Position numbers and translations under genes: made by a program. Positions 25,626 through 27,083 of a stretch of DNA of 27,083 bases are shown here, piece after piece. Within the stretch, counting starts at the first letter, position 1, and every line of letters starts with the position of its first letter. Source of the DNA: a virus (taxonomy: Duplodnaviria > Caudoviricetes); IMG/VR virus record IMGVR_UViG_3300020045_019679, positions 1-27,083 of that record; one strand, given 5' to 3'. Under the pieces are notes generated by a model. It saw only the letters and a program-made list of their open reading frames with translations. It searched no databases and was not told the DNA's origin.

Positions 25626-26768
25626 ATGAAATCATGGTTTAATGTAGATAAAGAAGGGCTTGCTAATCAATTAGAGAGGCGAGGGAAGAGCTTCGCAATC
25701 TTTGAATTGATTCAAAATGCTTGGGATTCTTCGACTCCTCGAGTCGAGGTGAGGATGAGTCCAATTCCAAACTCTCCTTTTGTGTCACTCGAAGTCGAGG
25801 ATTTCTCTCTGGAAGGAATTGCAGATCTCGAACACACCTACACTATGTTTGCTCCATCGAGTCGAGCAGGAGATCCAACCAAGAGAGGTCGATTCAATCT
25901 AGGAGAGAAAACAGTCATTTCATTATGTCGAAGAGCAAGTATCAAATCGACCAGTGGGATGATTAAATTCGATGAGAAAGGAAGGACTCGTTCGAAAGCA
26001 TCTAAACGAGCTTCTGGTACTTTATTTTCTGGAGAGATCAGAATGACTCGGGATGAGCTTATCACTGTGATGAGTGAGATCAAGAGAATCATTCCTCCAA
26101 TTCCCACCTTTATCAATGGGACCCAAATCAAAGGGCCAGGGGAACCTCTCGCATCATTCGAAGCGAAACTCCCCACCGAAATTGCGAATGATGAGGGACG
26201 TATTACCAGGACTTGGAGAGTGGGTCAAGTGGACATCTATCCAATTGATGATATGACTGGGGGAGTTCTTGAAATGGGAATTCCCGTTGTTGATGCCGAT
26301 ATCAGCTGCAGAGCGAATATCCTACAGAAGGTACCCCTCAACACAGACAGGGATAATGTCACCCCTGCTTTTCTCTCGGCTCTTGGAGTGAGTATCGTGA
26401 ATGCTCTGCACGAGAGTCTAAAAGAGGGAATAGTGACCGAGCCTTGGGTTCAGACAGCCATAGCTGACTCTAGAATTTCGAAGGACGCTTTTCTATCGAT
26501 TCAGCAGAAGAGGTTTGGAGAGAGGGCTGTCGTAGCAGTCCCCGGGGACCCACAAGCGAATGCGAATGCAGCTGCCTCTGGATATGTTCTAGTCCATGGA
26601 GGATCCTTCAGCAGTGGAGCGTGGGCTAACGCAAAGAAATACCAGACATTGAAATCTAGTTCTTCACTGTTTCATACTCCAACTCCAGATGAGGTGGAAG
26701 CTGTGAATCAAGCATTGGGACCGGTATGTCCTCTCTGCAAGAAACCGAGAACAGTGGTGGACGAATGA
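25626..26768 (+). CDS. GHKL (HATPase_c-like; Hsp90/MutL/MORC superfamily) ATPase domain protein
   Basis: N-box ELIQNAWD, G1-like VED....G, G2-like RGRFNLGEK and 'SGT' strand; C-terminal CPLC. RBS AGGAG. Confidence 0.8.
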   Translation: MKSWFNVDKEGLANQLERRGKSFAIFELIQNAWDSSTPRVEVRMSPIPNSPFVSLEVEDFSLEGIADLEHTYTMFAPSSRAGDPTKRGRFNLGEKTVISLCRRASIKSTSGMIKFDEKGRTRSKASKRASGTLFSGEIRMTRDELITVMSEIKRIIPPIPTFINGTQIKGPGEPLASFEAKLPTEIANDEGRITRTWRVGQVDIYPIDDMTGGVLEMGIPVVDADISCRANILQKVPLNTDRDNVTPAFLSALGVSIVNALHESLKEGIVTEPWVQTAIADSRISKDAFLSIQQKRFGERAVVAVPGDPQANANAAASGYVLVHGGSFSSGAWANAKKYQTLKSSSSLFHTPTPDEVEAVNQALGPVCPLCKKPRTVVDE

Positions 26769-26977
26769 TACTAAGAGGAGGTCCACTTGATGGAGCTACC
26801 ATAGTTGATCAAGGGAAGAACTCGACTGTAGTTACCTTCGCAATAAAAGAAGAGCCTTACTCTGAGGATGTAGGTACGACTGTATGGGTCCTCGCCAATC
26901 CTGGAGATATCGAAACTGAATTGGTGCAATATGATAATCAGGGCTCATTCATCAAGATGATCAACCTAAGGAGATAA
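26765..26977 (+). CDS. small hypothetical protein (GGPLDG motif)
   Basis: ATGA overlap at 26765 gives MILRGGPLDG..., a common start for small phage proteins. Confidence 0.55.
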   Translation: MILRGGPLDGATIVDQGKNSTVVTFAIKEEPYSEDVGTTVWVLANPGDIETELVQYDNQGSFIKMINLRR

Positions 26978-26979
26978 AA

Positions 26980-27083
26980 ATGACTATAGGACCGCAGACT
27001 TTCAAATCAGAGATAGTACTGATTATTCCCAATGGAACTCCAAATCCTTATTGGTATTTCAATCGAGTAATTGAAGCAATCAA
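26980..27083 (+). CDS. hypothetical protein, 5' part (runs off the window)
   Basis: RBS AAGGAGA and ATG 26980; MTIGPQTFKSEIVLIIPNGTPNPYWYFNRVIEAI... is open to the end of the window. Confidence 0.5.
   Translation, partial: MTIGPQTFKSEIVLIIPNGTPNPYWYFNRVIEAI

Noticed and set aside
4495-25628. Stop-codon reassignment (TAG read as sense), suggested by in-frame TAG junctions at 4497/4507, 5737/5738, 10004/10014, 22025/22041 and 25613/25626
   Set aside because: Long conserved genes (tape measure, SNF2, GHKL) have no internal TAG, other TAG-ended genes are followed out of frame, and several downstream genes have their own RBS. The frequency is compatible with chance, although local readthrough is not excluded.

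Overview
A 27 kb segment of a tailed dsDNA phage or prophage with a non-contractile, siphovirus-type tail module. All credible genes are on the + strand and tightly packed. Order: head-closure, tail-terminator and neck genes, tail tube, and a tail-assembly-chaperone pair with a candidate -1 frameshift (T TTT TTC at 2739-2745). An ~8.4 kb block of fibre/adhesin-like genes (3268-11690) then separates the chaperones from the tape measure gene. It contains a glycoside-hydrolase-like domain, a GC-richer sub-block and a dockerin/EF-hand-like lipoprotein. After the tape measure come two tail-tip genes and three Cys-rich genes, one with ten 6-Cys repeats. The non-structural region follows: HExxH protein, metallophosphoesterase, wHTH, DUF5664-like dNTP diphosphohydrolase, two small membrane ORFs missing from the ORF track, a lipoprotein, an atypical initiator-like tRNA(CAT), HAD 5'-nucleotidase, SNF2 helicase, Zn-finger proteins and a GHKL ATPase. 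Several motifs suggest a Planctomycetota (Phycisphaerae-like) host, which is an inference. No integrase, reverse transcriptase, CRISPR array or recognisable endolysin is visible. Family assignments come from motif recognition and synteny only; no searches were run.
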